Assembly: GCA_964016885.1 (NCBI GenBank)
Contig: OZ024748.1
Location: 32,426,001-32,490,000, forward strand
DNA from: Eledone cirrhosa
Taxonomy: Eukaryota
Direction: 5' to 3'
DNA length: 64,000 nucleotides
Shown piece by piece: positions 45,980 to 59,900 of the stretch. The first letter of the stretch is position 1; the number at the start of each line of letters is the position of its first letter. Below the pieces are notes generated by a model. The model was not told where the DNA came from and searched no databases. It saw only the letters and a list, made by a program, of their open reading frames with translations. A program made the translations under genes and the position numbers.

Positions 45980-48900
45980 ACTATAGTTCTAAACTGGTTA
46001 TATATTACACACTGCTAAAAGTAATACTATACTTCTAAACTGGTTATGTATTACACTCTGCTAAAGGTAATACTATACTTCTAAACTGGTTATATATTAC
46101 ACACTGTTAAAAGTAATACTATACTTCTAAACTGGTTATATATTAGACACTGTTAAAAGTAATACTATACTTCTAAACTGGTTATATACTACATACTTCT
46201 AAAAGTAATATAATACTTCTAAACTCGTTATATATTACACACTGCTAAAAGTAATACTATACTTCTAAACTGGTTGTATATTACATGCTGCTAAAAGTAA
46301 TACTATACTTCTAAACTGGTTATATATTACACACTGCTAAAAGTAATACTATACTTCGAAACTGGTTATACATTACACACTGCTAAAAGTGACACTATAC
46401 TTCTAAACTTGTTATATACTATATGCTTCTAAAAGTAATAATATACTTCTAAACAGGTTATATATTACACACTGCTAAACGTAATACTTTAACTCTAAAC
46501 CGGTTATATATTACACACCGCTAAATGTAATACTATACTTCTAAACTGGTTATATATTACACACTGCTAAAAGTAATACTATACTTCGAAACTGGTTATA
46601 TATTACACACTGCTAAAAGTGACACTATACTTCTAAACTAGTTATATACGACATACTGCTAAAAGTAATACTATACTTCTAAACTGGTTATATACTACAC
46701 GCTGCTAAATGTAATACTATACTTCTTAACTGGTTATATATTACACACTGCTAAAAGTAATACTATAACTCTAAACTGGTTATATATTACACACTGCTAA
46801 AAGTAATACTATACTTCTAAACAGGTTGTATATTACATGCTGCTAAAAGTAATACTATACTTCTAAACTGGTTATATATTACACACTGCTAAAGGTAATA
46901 CTATACTTCTAAACTGGTTATATATTACACACTGTTAAAAGTAATACTATACTTCTAAACTGGTTATATATTACACACTGCTGAAAGTAATACTATACTT
47001 CTAAACTGCTTATATACTACATGCTCCTAAAAGTAATACTATACTTCTAAACTGGTTATATATTACACACTGCTAAAAGTAATACTATACTTCTAAACTG
47101 GTTATATATTACACACTGTTAAAAGTAATACTATACTTCTAAACTGGTTATATATTACACCATGCTAAAAGTAATACTATACCTCTTAACTGGTTATATA
47201 TTAGATGCTGCTAAAAGTAATACTATAATTCTAAACTGGTTATATATTACACACTGCTACAAGTAATACTATACTTCTGAAATGCTTATATATTACACAC
47301 TGCTAAAGGTAATACTATACTTCTAAACTGGTTATATATTAGACACTGTTAAAAGTAATACTATACTTCTAAACAGATTATATATAACATGCCGCTAAAA
47401 GTAATACATTACTTCTAAACTGGTTATATATTACACACTGATAAAAGTAATACTATACTTCTAAATTAGGTATATATTACACACTGCTAAAAGTAATATT
47501 ATACTTCTAAACAGGTTATATATTACACACTGCTAAACGTAATACTTTAATTCTAAACCGGTTATATATTACACACTGCTAAATGTAATACTATACTTCT
47601 AAACTGGTTATATATTACACACTGCTAAAAGTAATACTATACTTCGAAACTGGTTATATATTACACACTGCTAAAAGTAATACTATACTTCTATACTGGT
47701 TATATATTACATGCTGCTAAAAGTGATACTTTACTTCTAAACTGGTTATAATCTACATGCTTCTAAAAGTAATAATATACTTCTAAACTGGTTATATATT
47801 ACACACTACTAAAAGTAATACTATACTTCTAAACTGGTTATATGTTACACACTGCTAAAAGTAATACTATAATTCTAAACTTGTTATATACTACACACTG
47901 CTAAAAGTGATACTATACTTCTAAACAGGTTATATATTACACACTGCTAAAAGTAATACTATACCTCTAAACTGGTTATATATTACATGCTGCTAAAAGC
48001 AATACTGTATTTCTAAACTTGTTATATATTACACACTGCTAAAACCAATACAATACTTCTAAACTAGTTATATATTACACACTGCTAAAAGTAACACTAT
48101 ACCTCTAAACTGGTTGTATATTACATGCTTCTAAAAGTAAAATAATACTTCTAAACTGGTTATATATTACACACTGCTAAAAGTAATACTATACTTCTAA
48201 ACTAGTTATATACTACATGCTGCTAAAAGTAATACTATACTGCTAAACTGGTTATATACTACATGCTGCTAAAAGTAATACTATACTTCTAAACTGCTTA
48301 TATACTACATGCTTCTAAAAGTAAAATAATACTTCTAAACTAGTTATATATTACACACTGATAAAAGTAATACTATACTTCTAAACTGATTATATATTAC
48401 ACACTGTTAAAATTAATACTATACTTCTAAACTGGTTATATATTACACACTGCTAAAAGTAATACTATACCTCTAAACTGCTTATATATTACACACTGCT
48501 AAAATTAATACTATACTTCTAAACTGGTTATATATTACACGCTGCTAAAATAATACTATACTTCTTAATTGGTTATATATTACACACTACTAAAAGTAAT
48601 ACTATACTTCTAAACTGGTTATATATTACACACTGCTAAAAGTAATACTATACTTCTAAAGTGGTTATATATTACGCACTGCTAAAATTAATATTATACT
48701 TCTAGACTGATTATATATTAGATTGCCGCTAAAAGTAATACCATACTTCTAAACTGGTTATATATTACATGCTGCTAAAAGTGGTACTATACTCCTAAAC
48801 TGCTTAAATACTACATGCTTCTAAAAGTAATATAATACTTCTAAACTGGTTATATATTACACACTGCTAAAAGTAATACTATACTACTAAACTGGTTATA

Positions 48901-51340
48901 TATTGCACACTGCTAAAAGTAATACTATACCTCTAAACTGGTTATATATTACACACTACTAAAAGTAATACTATACTTCTAAACTGGTTATATATTACAC
49001 ACTGCTAAAAGTAATACTTTACTACTAAACTGGTTATATATTGCACACTGCTAAAAGTAATACTATACTTCTAAACTGGTTATATATTACACATTGCTAA
49101 AAGTAATACTATACCTCTAAACTGGTTATATATTACATGCTGCTAAAAGTAATACTATACTTCTAGACTGGTTATATGTTACATACTGCTAAAAGTAATA
49201 CTATACTTCTAGACTGGTTACATATTACATACTGCTAAAAGTAATACTATAGTTCTAAACTGGTTATATATTACACACTGCTAAAAGTAATACTATACTT
49301 CTAAACTGGTTATATATTACACTCTGCTAAAGGTAATACTATACTTCTAAACTGGTTATATATTACACACTGTTAAAAGTAATACTATACTTCTAAACTG
49401 GTTATATATTAGACACTGTTAAAAGTAATACTATACTTCTAAACTGGTTATATACTACATACTTCTAAAAGTAATATAATACTTCTAAACTCGTTATATA
49501 TTACACACTGCTAAAAGTAATACTATACTTCTAAACTGGTTGTATATTACATGCTGCTAAAAGTAATACTATACTTCTAAACTGGTTATATATTACACAC
49601 TGCTAAAAGTAATACTATACTTCGAAACTGGTTATATATTACACACTGCTAAAAGTGACACTATACTTCTAAACTTGTTATATACTATATGCTTCTAAAA
49701 GTAATAATATACTTCTAAACAGGTTATATATTACACACTGCTAAACGTAATACTTTAACTCTAAACCGGTTATATATTACACACCGCTAAATGTAATACT
49801 ATACTTCTAAACTGGTTATATATTACACACTGCTAAAAGTAATACTATACTTCCAAACTGGTTATATATTACACACTGCTAAAAGTGACACTATACTTCT
49901 AAACTAGTTATATACGACATACTGCTAAAAGTAATACTATACTTCTAAACTGGTTATATACTACACGCTGCTAAATGTAATACTATACTTCTTAACTGGT
50001 TATATATTACACACTGCTAAAAGTAATACTATAACTCTAAACTGGTTATATATTACACACTGCTAAAAGTAATACTATACTTCTAAACAGGTTGTATATT
50101 ACATGCTGCTAAAAGTAATACTATACTTCTAAACTGGTTATATATTACACACTGCTAAAGGTAATACTATACTTCTAAACTGGTTATATATTACACACTG
50201 TTAAAAGTAATACTATACTTCTAAACTGGTTATATATTACACACTGCTGAAAGTAATACTATACTTCTAAACTGCTTATATACTACATGCTCCTAAAAGT
50301 AATACTATACTTCTAAACTGGTTATATATTACACACTGCTAAAAGTAATACTATACTTCTAAACTGGTTATATATTACACACTGTTAAAAGTAATACTAT
50401 ACTTCTAAACTGGTTATATATTACACCATGCTAAAAGTAATACTATACCTCTTAACTGGTTATATATTAGATGCTGCTAAAAGTAATACTATAATTCTAA
50501 ACTGGTTATATATTACACACTGCTACAAGTAATACTATACTTCTGAAATGCTTATATATTACACACTGCTAAAGGTAATACTATACTTCTAAACTGGTTA
50601 TATATTAGACACTGTTAAAAGTAATACTATACTTCTAAACAGATTATATATAACATGCCACTAAAAGTAATACATTACTTCTAAACTGGTTATATATTAC
50701 ACACTGATAAAAGTAATACTATACTTCTAAATTAGGTATATATTACACACTGCTAAAAGTAATATTATACTTCTAAACAGGTTATATATTACACACTGCT
50801 AAACGTAATACTTTAATTCTAAACCGGTTATATATTACACACTGCTAAATGTAATACTATACTTCTAAACTGGTTATATATTACACACTGCTAAAAGTAA
50901 TACTATACTTCTATACTGGTTATATATTACATGCTGCTAAAAGTGATACTTTACTTCTAAACTGGTTATAATCTACATGCTTCTAAAAGTAATAATATAC
51001 TTCTAAACTGGTTATATATTACACACTACTAAAAGTAATACTATACTTCTAAACTGGTTATATGTTACACACTGCTAAAAGTAATACTATAATTCTAAAC
51101 TTGTTATATACTACACACTGCTAAAAGTGATACTATACTTCTAAACAGGTTATATATTACACAGTGCTAAAAGTAATACTATACCTCTAAACTGGTTATA
51201 TATTACATGCTGCTAAAAGTAATACTGTATTTCTAAACTTGTTATATATTACACACTGCTAAAACCAATACAATACTTCTAAACTAGTTATATATTACAC
51301 ACTGCTAAAAGTAACACTATACCTCTAAACTGGTTGTATA
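45980..51340. repeat. Block duplication at a 71-monomer offset (3266 bp)
   Basis: ACGACAT at 46648/49914 and (CAC)CATG at 47161/50427; GCTGAAAG and CTACAAG...TCTGAAATG occur in both copies. Confidence 0.86.
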
Positions 51341-53330
51341 TTACATGCTGCTAAAAGTAATACTATACTTCCAAACTGGTTATATATTACACTCTGCTAA
51401 AAGTAATACTATACTTCTAAACTGCTTATATACTACATGCTTCTAAAAGTAAAATAATACTTCTAAACTGGTTATATATTACACACTGCTAAAAGTAATA
51501 CTATACTTCTAAACTGGTTATATATTACAAACTGCTAAAAGTAATACTACACTTCTAAACTGGTTATATATTAGACACTGCCAAAAGTAATACTATACTT
51601 CTTAACTGCCTATATATTACACACTACTAAAAGCAATACTATACTTCTAAACTGGTTATATATTACACACTGCTAAAAGTAATTCTATACTTCTAAACTG
51701 CTTATATACTACATGCTTCTAAAAGTAACATAATACTTCTAAACTGGTTATATATTACACACTGCTAAAAGTAATACTATACTTCTAAACTAGTTATATA
51801 CTACATGCTGCTAAAAGTAATACTATACTGCTAAACTGGTTATATACTACATGCTGCTAAAAGTAATACTATACTTCTAAACTGCTTATATACTACATGC
51901 TTCTAAAAGTAAAATAATACTTCTAAACTGGTTATATATTACACACTGATAAAAGTAATACTATACTTCTAAACTGGTTATATATTACAAACTGCTAAAA
52001 GTAATACTACACTTCTAAACTGGTTATATATTAGACACTGCCAAAAGTAATACTATACTTCTTAACTGGCTATATATTACACAATACTAAAAGTAATACT
52101 ATACTTCTAAACTGGTTATATATTACACACTGCTAAAAGTAATACTATACTTCTAAACTGCTTATATACTACATGCTTCTAAAAGTAAAATAATACTTCT
52201 AAACTGGTTATATATTACACACTGCTAAAAGTAATACTATACTTCTAAACTGGTTATATACTACATGCTGCTAAAAGTAATACTATACTTCTTAACTGGC
52301 TATATATTACACACTACTAAAAGTAATACTATACTTCTAAACTGGTTATATATTACACACTGCTAAAAGTAATACTATACTTCTAAACGGGTTAAATACT
52401 ACATGCTGCTAAAAGTAATACTATACTTCTAAACTGGTTATATATTAAACACTGCTAAATGTAATACTATACTTCTAAACTGATTATATATTACACACTG
52501 TTAAAATTAATACTATACTTCTAAACTGGTTATATATTACACACTGCTAAAAGTAATACTATACCTCTAAACTGGTTATATATTACACACTGCTAAAATT
52601 AATACTATACTTCTAAACTGGTTATATATTACACGCTGCTAAAATAATACTATACTTCTTAATTGGTTATATATTACACACTACTAAAAGTAATACTATA
52701 CTTCTAAACTGGTTATATATTACACACTGCTAAAAGTAATACTATACTTCTAAAGTGGTTATATATTACGCACTGCTAAAAGTAATATTATACTTCTAGA
52801 CTGATTATATATTAGATTGCCGCTAAAAGTAATACCATACTTCTAAACTGGTTATATATTACATGCTGCTAAAAGTGGTACTATACTCCTAAACTGCTTA
52901 AATACTACATGCTTCTAAAAGTAATATAATACTTCTAAACTGGTTATATATTACACACTGCTAAAAGTAATACTATACTACTAAACTGGTTATATATTGC
53001 ACACTGCTAAAAGTAATACTATACCTCTAAACTGGTTATATATTACACACTACTAAAAGTAATACTATACTTCTAAACTGGTTATATATTACACACTGCT
53101 AAAAGTAATACTTTACTACTAAACTGGTTATATATTGCACACTGCTAAAAGTAATACTATACTTCTAAACTGGTTATATATTACACATTGCTAAAAGTAA
53201 TACTATACCTCTAAACTGGTTATATATTACATGCTGCTAAAAGTAATACTATACTTCTAGACTGGTTATATGTTACATACTGCTAAAAGTAATACTATAC
53301 TTCTAGACTGGTTACATATTACATACTGCT
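48370..53330. repeat. Block of about 0.9 kb duplicated at an 89-monomer offset (4094 bp): about 48370-49240 and 52465-53330
   Basis: GATTGCCG at 48721/52815. Both copies share a G deletion and the variants AAAGTGGTT and GCTTAAATA. Confidence 0.83.
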
Positions 53331-55719
53331 AAAAGTAATACTATACTTCTAAACGGGTTATATACTACATGCTGCTAAAAGTAATACTATACCTCTAAAC
53401 TGGTTATATATTACACACTGCTAAAAGTAATACTATACTTCTAAACTAGTTATATATTACACACTGCTAAATGTAATACTATACTTCTAAACTGGTTATA
53501 TATTACACACTGCTAAAAGTAATACTATACTTCTTAACTGGTTATATATTAGATGCTGCTAAAAGTAATACTATACTTCTAAACTGCTTATATACTACAT
53601 ACTTCTAAAAGTAATATAATACTTCTAAACTCGTTATATATTACACACGGCTAAAAGTAATACTATACTGCTAAACTGGTTTTATATTACACACTGTTAA
53701 AAGTAATACTATACTTCTAAACTGGTTATATATTACGCACTGCTAAAAGTAATATTATACTTCTAGACTGATTATATATTACATGCCGCCAAAAGTAATA
53801 CATTACTTCTAAACTGGTTATATATTGCACACTGATAAAAGTAATACCATACTTCTAAACTGGTTATATATTACACACTGCTAAAAGTAATACTATAATT
53901 GTAAACAGGTTATATATTACACACTGCTAAAAGTAATACTATACTTCTAAACAGGTTATATATTACACACTGCTAAAAGTAATACTATACTTCTAAACTG
54001 CTTATATACTACATGCTTCTAAAAGTAATATAATACTTCTAAACTGGTTATATATTACACACTGCTAAAAGTAATACTATACTTCTAAACTGGTTATATA
54101 TTACACACTGCTAAAAGTAATACTATACTACTAAACTGGTTATATATTGCACACCGCTAAAAGTAATGCTATACTTGTAAACAGGTTATATATTACACAC
54201 TGCTAAAAGTAATACTATACTTCTAAACAGGTTATACATTACACACTGCTAAAGGTAATACTATACTTCTAAACAGGTTATATATTACACACTGCTAAAA
54301 GTAATACTATACTTCAAAACAGGTTATATATTACACACTGCTAAATGTAATACTATACTTCTAAACAGGTTATATATTACACACTGCTAAAAGTAATACT
54401 ATACTTCTAAACAGGTTATATATTACACACTGGTAAAAGTAATACTATACTTCTAAATTAGGTATATCTTACACACTTCTAAAAGTAATACTATACTTCT
54501 AAACAGGTTACATATTACACACTGCTAAAAGTAATACTATAACTCTAAACTGGTTATATATTACACATTGCTAAAAGTAATACTATACCTCTAAACTAGT
54601 TATATATTACACACTGCTAAAAGAAATACCATACTTCTAAACTGGTTATATGTTACATGCTGCTAAAAGTAATACTATACTTCTAAACTGGTTATATACT
54701 ACATGCTTCCAAAAGTAATACTATACTTCTAAACTGGTTATATATTACACACTGCTAAAAGTAATACTATACCTCTAAACTGGTTATATATTACATGCTG
54801 CTAAAAGTAATACTGTATTTCTAAACTTGTTATATATTGCACACTGCTAAAACCAATACTATACTTCTAAACTAGTTATATATTACACACTCCTAAAAGT
54901 AACACTATACCTCTAAACTTGTTGTATATTACATGCTGCTAAAAGTAATACTATACTTCTAGACTGGTTATATATCACATACTGCTAAATGTAATACTAT
55001 ACTTCTAAACTGGTTATATATTACACACTGCTAAAAGTATTACTATACTTCTAAACTAGTTATATATTACATGCTGCTAAAAGTAATACTCTACTTCTAG
55101 ACTGGTTATATACTACACACTGCTAAAAGTAATACTATACTTCTAAACTGGTTATATACTACATGCGGCTAAAAGTAATACTATACTTCTAAACTGGATA
55201 TATATTACACACTGCTAAAAGTAATACTATACTTCTAAACTAGTTATATATTACATGCTGCTAAAAGTAATACTATACTTCTTAACTGGTTATATATTAC
55301 AAACTGCTAAAAGTAATACTATACTTCTAAACTGGTTATATTTTACACACTACTAAAAGTAATACTATACTTCTAAACTGGTTATATATACACACTGTTA
55401 AAAGTAATACTATACTTCTAAACTGCTTATATACTACATGCTTCTAAAAGTAAAATAATACTTCTAAACTGGTTATATATTACACACTGCTAAAAGTAAT
55501 ACTATACTTCTAAATTGGTTATATATTACACACTGCTAAAAGTAATTCTATACTTCTAAACTGGTTATATATTACATGCGGCTAAATGTAATACTATTCT
55601 TCTAAATTGGTTACATACTACATGCTTCTAAAAGTAATACTATAGTTCTAAACTGGTTATATATTACACACTGCTAAAAGTAACACTATACCTCTAAACT
55701 GGTTATATATTAGGCACTG

Positions 55720-56290
55720 CTAAAGGTAATACTATACTTCTAAACTGGTTATATATTACACACTGCTAAAGGTAATACTATACTTCTAAACTGGTTATAA
55801 ATTACACACTGTTAAAAGTAATACTATACTTCTAAACTGGTTATATACTACATGCTTCTAAAAGTAATACTATACTTCTAAACTGCTTATATACTACATG
55901 CTTCTAAAAGTAATATAATACTTCTAAACTGGTTATATATTACACACTGCTAAAAGTAATACTATACTTCTAGACTGGTTATATATTACACACTGCTAAA
56001 AGTAATACTATACTTCTAAACTGGTTATATATTACACACTGCTAAAGGTAATACTATACTTCTAAACTGGTTATAAATTACACACTGTTAAAAGTAATAC
56101 TATACTTCTAAACTGGTTATATACTACATGCTTCTAAAAGTAATACTATACTTCTAAACTGCTTATATACTACATGCTTCTAAAAGTAATATAATACTTC
56201 TAAACTGGTTATATATTACACACTGCTAAAAGTAATACTATACTTCTAGACTGGTTATATATTACACACTGCTAAAAGTAATACTATACT
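55720..56290. repeat. 6-monomer (276 bp) tandem duplication
   Basis: CTGGTTATAAATTAC at 55791/56067, followed by the same variants. Confidence 0.8.
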
Positions 56291-56939
56291 TCTAAACTGC
56301 TTATATACAACATGCTTCTAAAAGTAATATAATACTTCTAAACTGGTTATATATTACACACTGTTAAAAGTAATACTATACTTCTAAACTGGTTATATAT
56401 TACACATTGTTAAAAGTAATACTTTACTACTAAACTGGTTATATATTACACACCGCTAAAAGTAATACTATACTTCTAGACTGGTTATATATTACATACT
56501 GCTAAAAGTAATACTATACTTCTAAACTTGTTATATACTATATGCTTCTAAAAGTAATAATATACTTCTAAACTGGTTATATATTACACACTGCTAAAAG
56601 TAATACTATACTTCTAAACTGGTTATATATTACACACTGCTAAAAGTGATACTATACTTCTAAACTGGTTATATATTACACACTGCTAAAAGTAATACTA
56701 TACCTCTAAACTGGCTATATATTACATGCTGCTAAAAGTAATACTATACTTCTAAACGGGTTATATACTACATGCTGCTAAAAGTAATACTATACTTCTA
56801 AACTGATTATATATTACACACTGCTAAAAGTAATACTATACTTCTAAACTAGTTATATATTACATGCTGCTAAATGTAATACTATAATTCTTAACTGGTT
56901 ATATATTACAAATGGCTAAAAGTAATACTATACTTCTAA

Positions 56940-59900
56940 ACTGGTTATATATTACAAACTACTAAAAGTAATACTATACTTCTAAACTGGTTATATATTA
57001 CACACTGCTAAAAGTAACACTATACTACTAAACTGGTTATATATTACACACTGCTAAAAGTAACACTATACTACTAAACTGGTTGTATATTACATGCTGC
57101 TAAAAGTAATATTATACTTCTAAACTGGTTATATATTACACATTTCTAAAAGTAATACTATACTTCTAGACAGGTTATATATTACACACTGCTAAATGTA
57201 ATACTATACTTCTCTAACTGGTTATATATAACACACTGCTAAAAGTAATACTATACTTCTAAACTGGTTATATATTACACACTGCTAAAAGTAATACTAG
57301 ACCTCTTAACTGGTTATATATTACACACTGCTAAAAGTAATACTATACCTCTTAACTGGTTATATATTAGATGCTGCTAAAAGTAATACTATACTTCTAA
57401 ATTAGGTATATATTACACACTGCTAAAAGTAATACTATACTTCTAAACTGCTTATATATTACACACTGCTAAAGGTAATACTATCCTTCTAAACTGGTTA
57501 TATATTACACACTGTTAAAAGTAATACTATACTTCTAAACTGGTTATATATTACACACTGTTAAAACTAATACTATACTTCTATACTGGTTATATATTAC
57601 ATGCTGCTAAAAGTGATACTATACTTCTAAACTGGTTATATACTACACGCTTCTAAAAGTAATACTATAGTTCTAAACTGGTTATATATTACACACTGCT
57701 AAAAGTAATACTATACTTCTAAACTGGTTATATATTACACTCTGCTAAAGGTAATACTATACTTCTAAACTGGTTATATATTACACACTGTTAAAAGTAA
57801 TACCATACTTCTAAACTGGTTATATATTAGACACTGTTAAAAGTAATACTATACTTCTAAACTGGTTATATGTTACACACTGATAAAAGTAATACTATAC
57901 TTCTAAATAATGTATATATTACACACTGCTAAAAGTAATATTATACTTCTAAACAGGTTATATATTACACACTGCTAAACGTAATACTTTAACTGTAAAC
58001 CGGTTATATATTACACACCGCTAAAAGTAATACTATACTTCTAAACTGGTTATATGTTACACACTGCTAAAAGTAATACTATACTTCGAAACTGGTTATA
58101 TATTACACACTGCTAAAAGTGACACTATACTTCTAAACTAGTTATATACGACATGCTGCTAAAAGTAATACTATACTTCTAAACTGGTTATATACTACAC
58201 GCTGCTAAATGTAATACTATACTTCTTAACTGGTTATATATTACACACTGCTACAAGTAATACTATACTTCTGAAATGCTTATATATTACACACTGCTAA
58301 AGGTAATACTATACTTCTAAACTGGTTATATATTAGACACTGTTAAAAGCAATACTATACTTCTAAACAGATTATATATAACATGCCGCTAAAAGTAATA
58401 AATTACTTCTAAACTGGTCATATATTACACACTGATAAAAGTAATACTATACTTCTAAATTAGGTATATATTACACACTGCTAAAAGTACTATTATACTT
58501 CTAAACAGGTTATATATTACACACTGCTAAACGTAATACTTTAATTCTAAACCGGTTATATATTACACACTGCTAAAAGTAATACTATACTTCTAAACTG
58601 GTTATATATTACACACTGCTAAAAGTAATACTATACTTCGAAACTGGTTATATATTACACACTGCTAAAAGTAATACTATACTTCTATACTGGTTATATA
58701 TTACATGCTGCTAAAAGTGATACTTTACTTCTAAACTGGTTATAATCTACATGCTTCTAAAAGTAATAATATAGTTCTAAACTGGTTATATATTACACAC
58801 TGCTAAAAGTAATACTATGCTTCTCAACTGGTTATATATTACACACTGTTAAAAGTAATATTATACTTCTAAACTAGTTATATATTACACACTGCTAACA
58901 GTAATACTATACTCATAAACTGGTTATATATTACACAGTGCTAAAAGTAATTCTATACCTCTAAACTAGTTATATAATACATGCTGCTAAATGTAATACT
59001 ATAACTCTAAACTGGTTATATATTACACACTGCTAAAAGTAATACTATACCTCTAAACTAGTTATATATTACACACCGCTAAAAGTAATACTATACTTCT
59101 AGACTGGTTATATATTACACACTGCTAAAACCAATACAATACTTCTAAACTAGTTATATGTTACACACTGCTAAAAGTAATACTATAATTCTAAACTTGT
59201 TATATATTACACACTGCTAAAAGTGATACTATACTTCTAAACAGGTTATATATTACACACTGCTAAAAGTAATACTATACCTCTAAACTGGTTATATATT
59301 ACATGCTGCTAAAAGTAATACTGTATTTCTAAACTTGTTATATATTACACACTGCTAAAACCAATACAATACTTCTAAACTAGTTATATATTACACACTG
59401 CTAAAAGTAACACTATACCTCTAAACTGGTTGTATATTACATGCTGCTAAAAGTAATACTATACTTCCAAACTGGTTATATATTACACACTGCTAAAAGT
59501 AATACTATACTTCTAAACTGCTTATATACTACATGCTTCTAAAAGTAAAATAATACTTCTAAACTGGTTATATATTACACACTGCTAAAAGTAAAACTAT
59601 ACTTCTAAACTGGTTATATATTACAAACTGCTAAAAGTAATACTACACTTCTAAACTGGTTATATATTAGACACTGCCAAAAGTAATACTATACTTCTTA
59701 ACTGCTTATATACTACATGCTTCTAAAAGTAAAATAATACTTCTAAACTGGTTGTATATTACACACTACTAAAAGCAATACTATACTTCTAAACTGGTTA
59801 TATATTACACACTGCTAAAAGTAATTCTATACTTCTAAACTGCTTATATACTACATGCTTCTAAAAGTAAAATAATACTTCTAAACTGGTTATATATTAC

